DNA of 64,000 nt from Ferruginibacter sp. (GCA_025359625.1 JANYFT010000429.1:596-64595), one strand, 5' to 3'. Numbered from the stretch's first letter, positions 10,824 to 21,658 are shown. A program made the numbers and translations. Notes: a model not told the origin generated them from the sequence alone.

Positions 10824-11669
10824 TTATTTTTCTCCATAAATCACCAGCGCACACGAGTCAATGCAAACATTTCCATCCGGGTATTTTTCATTCAGGAGCT
10901 GGTACACTTCTGTTTTTATCTTTTCTTTCGTTGCGTCATCTGCTTTACCAAGTGCCGCAACAATAGGCGCTCCCACTTCTGTTTGCATGCTCCAATATGC
11001 GTCTGTTGTTTTGCAATTCAGTTTACCGGTAACTTCTTTTTGAGTAATATTTTTTAAACCCGCCTGCATAAACAGATCCGATATAAAACCATCTTTGGCA
11101 CAACGAAACATTCCAGGTGCCTCTGGTGGAGGTGCTGATAAATCCATATTTTTATTGATGGTTCCCATAATAGCCGTAACCCAAAAATTTTTCTCCGGAA
11201 CATCCCAAACAGAGGTGGCGATTTTTCCCCCAGGCTTCAGTACCCTGACCATTTCTTTAGCTGCCAACAACATGTCGGGAAAAAACATAAAACCAAACCG
11301 GCAACTGATGGCATCAAATGTATTGTCAGCAAATGGAAGTTCACAAACATCGCAAGCAACAGTTTCAATATTTGAAATACCTTTTGTGGCTGCATTTTCG
11401 CGTACTATTTCCAGCATGTTTTCAGCAAGGTCAGTAATGACCACTTTGCCATCCTTCAGCATTGTTGCGATGGTTAATCCCGGCTCTCCGGTACCTGCGG
11501 CAATATCCAGGACCATATCATTATTTTTAAGTCCAAGCATTTGAATGATCTCATTACCCACCGGTCTCAAAAAATCCATAACGAGTGTATCCCATTTTTT
11601 CCAGCCCCCTGAAAATTTGTTCCAGGAGGCTTTTTGCTGTTCACGAATTTTTACAAGTTGCTCTTCCAT
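10824..11669 (-). CDS. Class I SAM-dependent methyltransferase
   Basis: Motif I 'VLDIAAGTGEPG', followed by 'FDAISCRFG' and 'LKPGG'. Confidence 0.85.
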   Translation of the reverse strand: MEEQLVKIREQQKASWNKFSGGWKKWDTLVMDFLRPVGNEIIQMLGLKNNDMVLDIAAGTGEPGLTIATMLKDGKVVITDLAENMLEIVRENAATKGISNIETVACDVCELPFADNTFDAISCRFGFMFFPDMLLAAKEMVRVLKPGGKIATSVWDVPEKNFWVTAIMGTINKNMDLSAPPPEAPGMFRCAKDGFISDLFMQAGLKNITQKEVTGKLNCKTTDAYWSMQTEVGAPIVAALGKADDATKEKIKTEVYQLLNEKYPDGNVCIDSCALVIYGEK

Positions 11670-11765
11670 TTTAGTTTGTGTTTTTATTTTTTAGAAATGC
11701 ACCCTTAAATTAAATTTGTTACAACAATTTACCAGGTTGCCATAGCCTTATAACAAAAATATTTT

Positions 11766-11805
11766 ACAACAAAAATAATGTTGTAATACAATTAATTTTT
11801 GTTGT
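11766..11805 (-). terminator. Hairpin downstream of map (possible terminator)
   Basis: 11-bp inverted repeat ACAACAAAAAT...ATTTTTGTTGT with an inner TTGTA-A-TACAA palindrome. AT-rich, so I hold this only moderately. Confidence 0.4.
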
Positions 11806-11825
11806 TTTATCATTGCCGGTATTTC

Positions 11826-12590
11826 TTAATTCCATATTTCATTCATTGAAGTTAAGATGATTGGCCTGCCATCTGTTACAATGATCGTGTGTTCGTGCTG
11901 TGCCACATAACCTCCTTTATCACCCACCAATGTCCAGCCATCTGGTTGCGTATTAGCAATGGTTGAACGGGTTGAAATAAATGTTTCTACTGCAACAACC
12001 GTATTCTTTTTGAATCTGGTAAAATTAAGCCTGTCCCGGTAGTTGGCGATCTCATGTGGTTCTTCGTGCAGGCTTCTTCCCACCCCATGGCCTGTTAAAT
12101 TTTTAATCACTTTATAGCCTGATTTTTTTGCCTCCGTTTCTATAAGTTGCCCGATATCAGCAACCCGTACACCGCCCCTGATATCGCCGATCGCTTTTTG
12201 CAAAATACGTTTTGAAGTATCCACCAAATGCTGGTGCTTATTTAAATCCTGGCCAAGAATAAATGAACCGCCGTTGTCACTCCAAAATCCATCCAGCTCC
12301 GCCGACACATCAATGTTTATTAAATCACCTTCCTGTAATATTTTTTTCTCCGAAGGAATTCCGTGCGCCACTTCATTGTTAACACTGATGCAGGTCCAGC
12401 CGGGAAAACCATAGGTTAAACGAGGTGCAGACTTTGCGCCCAGGTCATTCAAAATTTGCCCTCCGAGGTCATCTAAATGTTTAGCAGTCATTCCGGGTTT
12501 GGAATGATTGCGCATTTCCCTTAGCGTGATTGCTACGGCTTCACTTACTTTCTTTATTCCGGTTAATTCGTACTCCTTTGTGATGGACAT
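11826..12590 (-). CDS. map: Type I methionyl aminopeptidase
   Basis: 254 aa with 'NEVAHGIP', 'INIDVSAELDGFWSD', 'TGHGVGRSLHEEP' and 'VAVETF'/'AQHEHT' metal-ligand blocks. Confidence 0.95.
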   Translation of the reverse strand: MSITKEYELTGIKKVSEAVAITLREMRNHSKPGMTAKHLDDLGGQILNDLGAKSAPRLTYGFPGWTCISVNNEVAHGIPSEKKILQEGDLINIDVSAELDGFWSDNGGSFILGQDLNKHQHLVDTSKRILQKAIGDIRGGVRVADIGQLIETEAKKSGYKVIKNLTGHGVGRSLHEEPHEIANYRDRLNFTRFKKNTVVAVETFISTRSTIANTQPDGWTLVGDKGGYVAQHEHTIIVTDGRPIILTSMNEIWN

Positions 12591-12685
12591 GATTGTATTT
12601 TTCGAGAGTATTCAAAATATATTTATCATTACTTCAAGATACTCAATTAATTTCTTTCTTATAGCATCTTGAAGTATGCCTTTCA

Positions 12686-12742
12686 ATAAAAAAAGCCGGG
12701 ATAAATTACATATTAAAGGTGAGATTCTCTTATCTCCGGGTA
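12686..12742 (-). terminator. Probable terminator after the GH63-like gene
   Basis: On the minus strand, ACCCGGAGATAA...TTATCCCGGCT (one bulge) is followed by TTTTTTTATT. Confidence 0.5.
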
Positions 12743-12828
12743 ACCAGCATTATTGCTTGTCATCAAAATTTACACTTTTCCGTTCTCCAGGTGAGTCACC
12801 TTTTTGTAGGTGCCTCGCCCTGTAAAAA

Positions 12829-15507
12829 TCACTCCTCTTCTTCGTCCTCATCAACAAAAATTTCATGCCCGGTACCTTCTTTCCATTCATCCTTCTTTAC
12901 TTCGCAGCCACCGATTAAATCGGCTACAAGCGATGTCCAGCCTGTTTGGTGACTGGCGCCCAATCCCCTTCCGCTATCGCCATGAAAATATTCATAAAAC
13001 AATACAAGGTCTTTGTTGCACGGTTTTTTATAAAACCAGTTTTGATCACCATTTAATTTACGTTCCCCTTTTTCATTTATTGCCAGCAGGCTTACGATCC
13101 TGTCTGTTAAAACTTTGGACACCTCTACCAGGTTTAACATATTTCCAGATCCTACGGGGCACTCCACTTTTAAGTTGTCGCCATAAAATTCACCATACTT
13201 TTTTACAGAGCGGATGATGAGGTAATTAATGGGAATCCATACCGGTCCCCGCCAGTTGCTGTTACCACCAAAAAGGTTGCTGGTTGAATCTCCGGGATCG
13301 TACTGTATTTCATATTTGGTACCGTCAATTGTTACTGAATAGGGATGGGCAGCATGGTATTTTGATAAGGCCCTGATTCCTCCGTCTGATAAAAATTCAT
13401 CTTCATTGAGCATGCGGTGCAGCAAATGAATCAGCCTGTCTTTTTTAACGAGCGATATTAATATTTCTTCTCCATCACCACGCTCTTCGTTGGGCCAGAA
13501 CAGATTGTTTTTCGCCCGGTAATTTTCAAACCAGCCTACCCGTTTTTTAAAATCAGGCAAGCGTTTAAATACTTCTCTGTCCATGATGCTCACCGCAAAT
13601 AAACTGGTTAAGCCAACAATACTCTGTATACGCATTGGTATAGGGGCCGCACCTGCAATACGCAAAGAATCATAATAAAATTTATCGTCTTCATTCCAAA
13701 GGCTATGGCTATTGAGGGCTTCGGATATCAACACAAAATGTTCAAAAAATTTGGTCGCCATATCTTCAAAAGCAATATCTTGTTTAGCAATCTCCAGTGC
13801 CATGTCCATCATATTAAGTGCATACATCCCCATCCAGCTGGTACCATCGGCCTGTTCTAATTGCATCTTATCACTCAGGTTATGGCTGCGGTTAAATACA
13901 CCAATATTATCCAGCCCTAAAAATCCACCTTCAAAAATATTATTACCGTTACGGTCTTTGCGGTTTATCCACCATGTAAAATTGATTAGCAGTTTCTGGA
14001 AAACTCTTTTCAGAAAAATAATATCCCCTGTTCCGCAGGTTTCTTTTTCTATGCGGTAAACTTCCAGGGCTGCCCATGCCTGCACGGGTGGATTTACATC
14101 GCTGAAATTCCATTCGTAAGCAGGCAACTGTCCATCCGGTTTCATATACCATTCCCTCATCATCAGCAATAACTGGTTTTTGGCAAATTCAGGATCAACC
14201 ATCACCAGTGAAATGCAATGAAAAGCCAGGTCCCATGCGGCATACCAGGGATATTCCCATTTGTCGGGCATGGCAATTACATCCTGATTTTTTAAGTGCG
14301 TCCAGTCATTATTACGCCCTGTTTTTTTGCCATCATTTACGGGAGTAATACCATCACTGGTAGTAAGCCAGCGCTCCACATCATAATGATAGTATTGTTT
14401 GCTCCACAACATACCCGCCAGCGCTTTACGTTGAATATTTTTCAGGTCGGCTGAAATATTATCGGGAAGAATGGTATTGTAAAAATCATCGGCCTCCTGC
14501 TTACGCACCGTAAATATTTTTTGAAAATCGGGGGTAAACGGTTTGTCATCTGCCCTGCTCGTAAGCCTGCAATAAATGGTTTTGGTTTCTCCCCCTTTCA
14601 ATTTTAATTCATACACCGGCGAAAACTTGGTACCTTCTTTTCTGTTCTGTAATTTTTTTCGGTTTGTACCGTCTATGATGGCATCATGAAAAGCATCTTT
14701 TACAAAAGGCGTTTCATTGGCAACGCCGGTTACTTTATTCAGGTTGGTTTCGTTATCTGTAAAAAGGCAATCATCAGGATACTGAAAATAAAAATAGTAG
14801 TCGCCCAACCGCTTGTGTTTTACTTTAACAGATGTTTTGTTTAAAAAGGTTATGGAAGGTTTAGGTTCATCCGGAGTAAACGCCCAGCGGTTATAAAACC
14901 ACAGGGTAGGCAACACTGTTATGGGGGCTATTTTGTTACTTCGGTTGGTAATATCAATCTTTATAAAAATGTCTTGTGGGTTCTGTTTGGCATACGTGAT
15001 ATTCACATCAAAATATTCATCATCGTCAAATACACCCGTATCCAGTATTTCATATTCAGGATCAAGCATGGTACGGCCGCGGTTAGTAGCTTTCAGGTCT
15101 TCATAAGGAAATTCATTCTGTGGATATTTGTATAAATATTCCATGTAATAATGAGTAGGAATATTATCCTGGTAATAATACAATTCCTTCACATCTTCCC
15201 CATGATTGCCTTCGTAATTGCCGAGGCCAAATAAGCGTTCTTTCAGAATTTTATCTTTGCCGTTCCAAAAAGCTACAGCAAAGCACAGGTTTTGAAAATA
15301 ATCGGAAATACCTGCAATTCCATCTTCGCCCCAACGATAAGTTCTATAATGAGACTGGTCAAAAGGTAAGTATCCCCAGGCATCACCATGATACCCATAA
15401 TCTTCCCGTACAGTACCCCATTGCCTTTCGCTTAAGTAAGGGCCCCATTGTTCAAGGGGGATAGGTTTTTTATAATTAACGGCTAACCGCTGGTGTTCTG
15501 CTGACAT
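12829..15507 (-). CDS. Large (alpha/alpha)6-barrel glycoside hydrolase, GH63/MGH1-like glucosidase family
   Basis: 892 aa with 'YPWYAAWDLAFH', 'GGFLGLDNIGVFNRS', 'GGNSNWRGPVWIPINY' and 'GASHQTGWTSLVA'. It ends in an acidic tail 'DEDEEEE'. Confidence 0.7.
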   Translation of the reverse strand: MSAEHQRLAVNYKKPIPLEQWGPYLSERQWGTVREDYGYHGDAWGYLPFDQSHYRTYRWGEDGIAGISDYFQNLCFAVAFWNGKDKILKERLFGLGNYEGNHGEDVKELYYYQDNIPTHYYMEYLYKYPQNEFPYEDLKATNRGRTMLDPEYEILDTGVFDDDEYFDVNITYAKQNPQDIFIKIDITNRSNKIAPITVLPTLWFYNRWAFTPDEPKPSITFLNKTSVKVKHKRLGDYYFYFQYPDDCLFTDNETNLNKVTGVANETPFVKDAFHDAIIDGTNRKKLQNRKEGTKFSPVYELKLKGGETKTIYCRLTSRADDKPFTPDFQKIFTVRKQEADDFYNTILPDNISADLKNIQRKALAGMLWSKQYYHYDVERWLTTSDGITPVNDGKKTGRNNDWTHLKNQDVIAMPDKWEYPWYAAWDLAFHCISLVMVDPEFAKNQLLLMMREWYMKPDGQLPAYEWNFSDVNPPVQAWAALEVYRIEKETCGTGDIIFLKRVFQKLLINFTWWINRKDRNGNNIFEGGFLGLDNIGVFNRSHNLSDKMQLEQADGTSWMGMYALNMMDMALEIAKQDIAFEDMATKFFEHFVLISEALNSHSLWNEDDKFYYDSLRIAGAAPIPMRIQSIVGLTSLFAVSIMDREVFKRLPDFKKRVGWFENYRAKNNLFWPNEERGDGEEILISLVKKDRLIHLLHRMLNEDEFLSDGGIRALSKYHAAHPYSVTIDGTKYEIQYDPGDSTSNLFGGNSNWRGPVWIPINYLIIRSVKKYGEFYGDNLKVECPVGSGNMLNLVEVSKVLTDRIVSLLAINEKGERKLNGDQNWFYKKPCNKDLVLFYEYFHGDSGRGLGASHQTGWTSLVADLIGGCEVKKDEWKEGTGHEIFVDEDEEEE

Positions 15508-15857
15508 GTAACTAATTTAAGCCGGATGCTTTATTGATTATTGAACCAACAACAACAATTAGCGGGTAAAACATGCAGTAAAAATAAGTGTTTTAGAGAA
15601 GCAGGGGATTCAATTGCAAGAAATTAAAATATCAACCGCTTGCTGTAATTTATTAAAACATTACTTCTTTTATTTTAGGCGAAGCTTAGTAAAAGCGTAA
15701 ATGAAGATCATTTTTAAAAAAAATTTTTTAATTGAAACATTCACAATTTATCAGCATGTATGTTTTTAAATGCCGGGTGAGTATGTTTATTTGTGAGCCG
15801 GATTGGCCGATAAAGAGATTCCTAACTGCAGGAAATAATAACCCTTGTTTAATGCAA

Positions 15858-18263
15858 TCAATCATCTTCCGTGGTGGCCGCCTTAACAAAGGCTGCCCGT
15901 TTTGGTGCAGGCATTATCGCATCAATACCTTTTACACCTTTCCAAATCACTTCACTAAATTCCATATCCGGCACCCGGTCTTCTTTACTTAAATCAAAAC
16001 CTGCTGACCGCCGGGATAGTTCATTCCATACCAAATTCTTTTCTGTGATATCCACCTGTGCAGGCAAGGCTGTATAAGGTGACAAATCGGGTGTGGCTGT
16101 AAAGGAGCGCCAGAGCGGTGTTGCAGCAGCATCGTATTGGCTCATGGGCACTATCCCTAAAATTAATTCTATCGTACGCAATATCCCGCTGGTGGTATAA
16201 GGGGTATGATCTGCAAAGTTTCTTTTAACATACGGCCCAACTACATAGGCAGGGCTTCGGTGAGCATCTACATGGTCAGGGCCATTTTGTGCATCATCTT
16301 CCACAATAAAAACAACGCTTTCTTTCCACACAGGGCTTTTGCTGAGGTAGTCGATAAACATGCCCACAGCAAGATCGTTATCGGCTACATGCGCAAAAGG
16401 TGTTGGCCTGTCCTTGCTCATGCCTTCTGTATGGTCGTTTATTAAACGGAGTGTATTCAGCTGCGGTAAAGCGTTTATGGCTAACAGTGAGTCGAAGTCT
16501 TTTTTCCATTGGTTCACCCTGGTGGTATCCCTTACGTGCTGGTCCCAACTGGTATAGAACGTGCAAAAATGATTTTCAAGCACAGGGATATTGGCTTTGT
16601 AATCGTCTGCAAACTCTCCATAAGTACGGTAACTGATACCGGCTTTTTTGCAGGCCCCCCAAATAAAATCTCCTTTATTGTTGGCAATTTTTCTTGTTCC
16701 TTCTGCATCATAACCACCACCCCTGCCACCATAACTTGTTACCCAGTTTTTTTCAAGGTAATCATTGGCATAAGCACCCAGGCTCCAGTTGTGGCCATCT
16801 GCGCTTACTTCGCCATCTACATAAAAATTATCCAGCAACACAAAATCCTTCACCAGTTTGTGTTGATTGGGTGTTATTTTTTCTCCGAATAAGACGAGGC
16901 TGGTATCGCCATTGCCTCCTTTTACATCACCCAGCACCTGGTCGTAAGTACGGTTTTCTTTTATTATGTAAAACACATGTTTAATGGGTGAAGGGTTACC
17001 GATTTTTTCAGGTATAGGGTTACCAGATTCCCCTTTACTCAGCATTTCTTTTTCTTTGGTGTAAGGTGTGTTGCGATATACCTGTTGGGCATACACACCA
17101 AGTTGTTGTGGCGTTGGTACATCAATAATACTCATGGTACCTATAAACAATCCACCGATGTATTGCTCTTTTACTTCTACCGTTTTATCAACCCCCTGGT
17201 AAACTACTGACCGCTTTCTATCCAATGGATCAGGGCCATGAGGGTTAGCCATTGAAGAAAACCCTTTGCCATTGGTGACCCATATTTTTTTACCAATCAC
17301 TTTTACACAAGTAGGATACCAGCCTACAGGAATAAATCCTTTGGAATGGCTGAAGCCAGGTTTACTTACATCAAAAACTGCCAGGCAATTATTATCTGCA
17401 TTGGCTATGTACAGGTCATTTTCATCTTCACTTAATGCCACTGCGTTGGTGGTGCTCCCTGGCGGGGCATCAGCAAATAAAGACGAAGAAAGTGTTTCTA
17501 TTACTTTGCTATTTTTAACTTCAATTACACTCACCGAATTATCATTGGCGTTGGCAACAAACAGATATTGGCCGTTCTTTGTAAGACAAATATCATTGGG
17601 GTTATCGCCCACTTCAATCTGTGCCCGGATCATTTTTTTATCTGTGTCAAAAACAAGCACTTTACCGCAACCCCAGCAACTGATGTACAACTCTTTTTTA
17701 TCAGGAGATAATAAACAGGTATATGCCTCTCCATCTAATTTTATTTGCTGAACAATTTTTTTTGTCTTCAGGTCAATCAGGTACAACGAATTATTATCTT
17801 TTGTTACCACATACAATAAATGTTTTGCATCATCAAAGGCAATCCCTCCCGGAGAAATCTTATTAGGCCATTTTGCACCGAGCGAAATGCTATCTTTTAA
17901 TTGCAATTTATTTTTTACAACAGCATATTGCAGTATCCAGTTATCGTTACCGCCACTAACATAAAGATATCTTTCGTCGTTGCTGAATTGCAGGCCCAGC
18001 CAGCTTTTGTCAATCTCAATATTGTCCAGTATCTTTTCTGTTTGTACATCAATCAACTGAAGGCTTTGTGTACTTTGCCCGTTGTTGGTAACCGCCAGTA
18101 ATTTTTTACTTTTGCTAACAGCCATGTTGAGTGGCAGGTCTCCAAGAGGTAAACTTTTACCAGCTGGGGATAGCTGCCAACCATTAGGAAGGGTAACTAT
18201 TTTTTGTGCATAGTTGTTTGCCATAATAAACAGGGCAACAAAACTGAAAAAATATTTTTTCAT
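15858..18263 (-). CDS. Secreted fusion protein: N-terminal YncE/YVTN-type beta-propeller plus C-terminal phosphoesterase (phospholipase C / AcpA acid phosphatase family)
   Basis: Signal peptide 'MKKYFFSFVALFIMANNYAQ' (ATG at 18263). The N-terminal half has repeated 'LYV..../D..VSVID'-type propeller blades. The C-terminal half has 'VFYIIKENRTYDQVLGD', 'INDHTEG' and 'VEDDAQNGPDHVDAHRS'. Confidence 0.8.
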   Translation of the reverse strand: MKKYFFSFVALFIMANNYAQKIVTLPNGWQLSPAGKSLPLGDLPLNMAVSKSKKLLAVTNNGQSTQSLQLIDVQTEKILDNIEIDKSWLGLQFSNDERYLYVSGGNDNWILQYAVVKNKLQLKDSISLGAKWPNKISPGGIAFDDAKHLLYVVTKDNNSLYLIDLKTKKIVQQIKLDGEAYTCLLSPDKKELYISCWGCGKVLVFDTDKKMIRAQIEVGDNPNDICLTKNGQYLFVANANDNSVSVIEVKNSKVIETLSSSLFADAPPGSTTNAVALSEDENDLYIANADNNCLAVFDVSKPGFSHSKGFIPVGWYPTCVKVIGKKIWVTNGKGFSSMANPHGPDPLDRKRSVVYQGVDKTVEVKEQYIGGLFIGTMSIIDVPTPQQLGVYAQQVYRNTPYTKEKEMLSKGESGNPIPEKIGNPSPIKHVFYIIKENRTYDQVLGDVKGGNGDTSLVLFGEKITPNQHKLVKDFVLLDNFYVDGEVSADGHNWSLGAYANDYLEKNWVTSYGGRGGGYDAEGTRKIANNKGDFIWGACKKAGISYRTYGEFADDYKANIPVLENHFCTFYTSWDQHVRDTTRVNQWKKDFDSLLAINALPQLNTLRLINDHTEGMSKDRPTPFAHVADNDLAVGMFIDYLSKSPVWKESVVFIVEDDAQNGPDHVDAHRSPAYVVGPYVKRNFADHTPYTTSGILRTIELILGIVPMSQYDAAATPLWRSFTATPDLSPYTALPAQVDITEKNLVWNELSRRSAGFDLSKEDRVPDMEFSEVIWKGVKGIDAIMPAPKRAAFVKAATTEDD

Positions 18264-18673
18264 ACATAAATTCTTAATGAAGTATGAAGGTACAAAATAC
18301 CCTCCGTGCAGTAACTGTATTTGCATTAAGTTATAAAAAACAAATAAGGCAACGGACAGAAATAATTATGTAAAGAATGTTTATTCATTGTAATTGATTT
18401 TTCTAATTAAACCGTGTTGCCCACTTTATAGAATGCGAAACTCATGTATTATTGGTGGCGATATTACTGTAGAAGATTATGATGGACAACTGTTGAAAGA
18501 GTTTCTTACCGCACCATCAGGGTCGTTTGCAGTTGTAATATTGCTTTGCAGAATTACCTTACAAAAACATCGTGGTATTGGGTGATGAAGGATGACGGGA
18601 TGTATAAAATTATACGTTAAAAATTGACTTCAAAAAATTACTAATTTTTAAAAGAAAATAAAAGCTGTAAATA

Positions 18674-18741
18674 AAAATCCCGACAACTAACCTGCTAAAA
18701 GCACCTATAAAAAAGATCCCAACCTGGTGCTTGCAGTTGTC
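18674..18741 (-). terminator. Rho-independent terminator after the GYF-domain gene
   Basis: Composite stem GACAACT/AGTTGTC + GC/GC + AGCACC/GGTGCT, followed on the minus strand by ATTTTTATTT. Confidence 0.6.
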
Positions 18742-18753
18742 TATTTTAATTGG

Positions 18754-19452
18754 TTAAGGTATAGGAATAGCGGATAAAACTTTTATCCTGAACCCCGCTG
18801 TTTCTGCAGGTGCCACAAATACACTTCTAAAATTTATTTTATTATTAGCTGTTACAAAATCGTTTACAAAAAATTGCTGGGTTTGCAATTCGGTTTCGGT
18901 AGCTGATAAAAAAATAACTGCCATTTGCAAACTTTTGTAACCGGCAATGGATGCCATATTAGTAATACTACCCTTAATGATTTTTTTACCTAAAAGATTT
19001 TTATGCATTTTACCATGCACACTTAAGTATTGCAAGGGGTTGTCAGATTCCTTTTGCGCAAGCGTTGTTTTTAATAATTGTACATCTTGCTTATTGGGTG
19101 CCGTAACTACAGAAGAAGGAAGTGGGGCATCTGGTATATCAACCTGCATTTTATACCATGCGACGGGAACAATAATTACTACCAGGGCAACCACTGCCCA
19201 GGCTAATTTCATCAAAAAGGGGCTTCCGCTTTTTTTAAGTGCTTTTAAAGGATATCCAGAATCTATATTTTTTGATGCACTTGCTTTGTTGCTGAAGCAA
19301 TCATTCAACACCGGAATTTCAGAGGCGGTTACATACCTTCCTAACCCCGAAGTGTACACTGGTGTGCATTTGGGAATACCTCTTTCTATTAATTCTGCTG
19401 CTGAAAAAGGGCCAACCTGTTTGTGGCCATCATGTATAAAATACTTTTTCAC
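18754..19452 (-). CDS. GYF_2 (DUF4339)-domain membrane protein, function unknown
   Basis: N-terminus 'YFIHDGHKQVGPFSAAELIERGI' resembles the GYF_2 domain. There is one TM ('LAWAVVALVVIIVPVAWY') and then a domain of about 120 aa. Confidence 0.55.
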   Translation of the reverse strand: MKKYFIHDGHKQVGPFSAAELIERGIPKCTPVYTSGLGRYVTASEIPVLNDCFSNKASASKNIDSGYPLKALKKSGSPFLMKLAWAVVALVVIIVPVAWYKMQVDIPDAPLPSSVVTAPNKQDVQLLKTTLAQKESDNPLQYLSVHGKMHKNLLGKKIIKGSITNMASIAGYKSLQMAVIFLSATETELQTQQFFVNDFVTANNKINFRSVFVAPAETAGFRIKVLSAIPIP

Positions 19453-19833
19453 GATGTATTGAATTTAATTATTCAATTTAAGTCTTTTAATTGGACATGC
19501 AATGATGAAAGTTGATATTAACATAACAAAAACGACATGATAAGATAACCTATACTCTTTTCTGTACCAAATGCCGGCAACTATAGATTGTTCGTAAACC
19601 ATTGCTATTTTCTAAACGGCCTGTAAATATTTAATAGAAAAGAAATTATATGCCCATTTAGGTAAGTACAATTTTATCTAATAATATGTGTAAAAAAATA
19701 ACCTTAAAAAAAAATTGTAGAAAAATTTTCCATTAAGTAAGTTTATATTATTTCCATTTAAAGCTACTACCTGATGTAAATATGGTGGATAACTACTGGC
19801 ACGGTTTTAATAGAATTTTATCAAAAACAATTG

Positions 19834-20124
19834 ATGAAAAAACAAACTGATCTGATAATAAAAAGTATCAATAAAAAAAATGATATTATGCTTACCAAAC
19901 AATTAGCTTCAAAAAAACAAAAACAATATATTTATACCGAAGCAGACCTTGGTGAGGGCATATTGGATATAGGGGTAAGCATGAAGTATTTAACCGTCAA
20001 AAAAGATAATAGGGTAAAGAAAGCCAATGGTACTATTTATCCGATGACTATACTGCAAAATAAAAACAATTTGAGGGCGGTTTTGAATATGGAATCTGAT
20101 TTCAACTATGCGTATTATTGTTGA
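19834..20124 (+). CDS. Hypothetical protein (orphan)
   Basis: The only sizeable ORF in an AT-rich stretch. It is K/N-rich and I see no recognisable motif. Confidence 0.3.
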   Translation: MKKQTDLIIKSINKKNDIMLTKQLASKKQKQYIYTEADLGEGILDIGVSMKYLTVKKDNRVKKANGTIYPMTILQNKNNLRAVLNMESDFNYAYYC

Positions 20125-20145
20125 TAAAAACTACAGTCTTACTGT

Positions 20146-20949
20146 TTATGTTACAAATTCAACTACGCTCCATTTTTCAACTAAATGTGTGTCATAAATA
20201 CCATGACTATTTAAAGCCATTGCAGGGTGAGGCATCAATTCTATACCATCCTGCATTAATTTTTGAAACCTTCCCAAAAACATATTCCATACATCACCAT
20301 TGTTAGGTGGTATAGCCCTACCAGTAGCAAGTAAACGCAGGCTGCTCCAGGGAATAGCAATTTCCAGGCTCCAGCCTTTATCAATATCATTATTGTCATT
20401 TAGTGTTCCTTCTACTTGCACGGCAGTTTGCAAACCCGCCATATCAAAATGGGTAAAGGCCCAGCGTATGCCCCGTGGGTGCGTACCTTTCCAAAAACTG
20501 GCCCCACTGCGATCGTAATCGCCGCCAAAAGTATATGCCTGTGGATGATGAACATCAAATTGTGCTGTATCAAATTTACCCCCCTTCTTATATGCATCCT
20601 TCCAGATAAAGAATACCTCATACACGGTATTAAGGGCGTTTACTTCCAATTCATAATAACAATCCCTGCCATCAATAAATAGTTCCAGATCGTTTTCTAA
20701 AAAAATGATGCTATCCCTTTCTGTAAGCGCTGCTTCTACAAAAGGTTCTTCTGCAGTAAAGGCGATGTATAAATGTGTATCGTTCCAAAGCAGGGCGGCT
20801 TGTGTATTGTACATGCCTGGTTTGCCAGTAACCATATCTACAAAGCGTTTGCTCCAGTTAGCGCTTTGCCAAATTTCCTTTTGGATGTTGCCATCAACTA
20901 TAATGGAAGATAAAATTTTTTTAGCTGAATAATCTGCATTGCCCATCAT
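20146..20949 (-). CDS. Carbohydrate-binding family 9 (CBM9/DOMON-like) domain protein
   Basis: It has 'LLWNDTHLYIAF', 'DLELFIDG' and 'YYELEVNALN', typical of CBM9-like sugar-binding proteins. I prefer the ATG at 20949/20946 over the TTG at 20973. Confidence 0.6.
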   Translation of the reverse strand: MMGNADYSAKKILSSIIVDGNIQKEIWQSANWSKRFVDMVTGKPGMYNTQAALLWNDTHLYIAFTAEEPFVEAALTERDSIIFLENDLELFIDGRDCYYELEVNALNTVYEVFFIWKDAYKKGGKFDTAQFDVHHPQAYTFGGDYDRSGASFWKGTHPRGIRWAFTHFDMAGLQTAVQVEGTLNDNNDIDKGWSLEIAIPWSSLRLLATGRAIPPNNGDVWNMFLGRFQKLMQDGIELMPHPAMALNSHGIYDTHLVEKWSVVEFVT

Positions 20950-21114
20950 TGAATTTTTTATAAAAATAAACAAGAAATGATGAAAACTTTACCTGTCATA
21001 AATCTATTGTATCCATCTGCAAACTTATTATCTGCACTATAGTTTTATTCTTTCATCAATATGCCACAGATTGATCTTGGCACAATTTTACTTCTTTAAT
21101 ATTAAACATCAGTT

Positions 21115-21417
21115 ATGAAAAAACAGGACGAACCAGATACAACACCAATACAACCGGAACTTAAACATGATACAATGGAATACGCAGCGTCAACCGATGG
21201 GGATGACCCACTGGATATCCCGGAGGAGGACGAGGAAATCACTGCCGGCGAATTAGATGATTTGGAAGAAGATGATGCAGATGATGAAGGCTTTGCCTTA
21301 AATGCAGCACAAACTGATAGCCAGCAGGACGTGGACAATTTTTTAACTTCGCCTGATGAAATTGATGAGCTGGAAGATGATGATTTAGATGAGGAGGATA
21401 TTGAACCGAGAAGATAA
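21115..21417 (+). CDS. Small, extremely acidic protein (D/E-rich), function unknown
   Basis: 100-aa ORF with ATG start. It has long D/E tracts ('DIPEEDEEITAGELDDLEEDDADDEG'). The antisense Ser-rich ORF is a composition artefact. Confidence 0.5.
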   Translation: MKKQDEPDTTPIQPELKHDTMEYAASTDGDDPLDIPEEDEEITAGELDDLEEDDADDEGFALNAAQTDSQQDVDNFLTSPDEIDELEDDDLDEEDIEPRR

Positions 21418-21658
21418 TTTGCTTAGATCTATTCAAAAATATTTTTCCGCTTCAAAAGTCAAGTTGGCTTTGATATATAGATAGAGGCATTGAATGTAGA
21501 AAAAATTGCCATAAAAATTTTTGAAACGGGCTTTTAATACCTACTAATTCAAAGTAGCGCCTATAATTTAATTGGCCCGATTTTATAGGCATTCAATAAA
21601 CTCACATCATGTCAATACACATTGATGTTAACCACCAGATTTAGACACTTTCAATGTA

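Noticed and set aside
11095-11544. 149-aa plus-strand ORF.
   Set aside because: It is antisense to the SAM-methyltransferase gene, which has clear motifs.
18394-18585. 63-aa plus-strand ORF in the 490-nt gap upstream of the propeller/phosphoesterase gene.
   Set aside because: It has a non-ATG start, no motif and no terminator of its own. It could be a gene remnant, but I cannot support it.
18947-19462. 171-aa plus-strand ORF.
   Set aside because: It is fully antisense to the GYF-domain gene. That gene has a proper ATG, a recognisable domain and a terminator.
21102-21338. 78-aa Ser-rich minus-strand ORF.
   Set aside because: It is the antisense shadow of the D/E-rich gene 21115..21417 (GAT/GAA read in reverse gives Ser/Ile-rich text).
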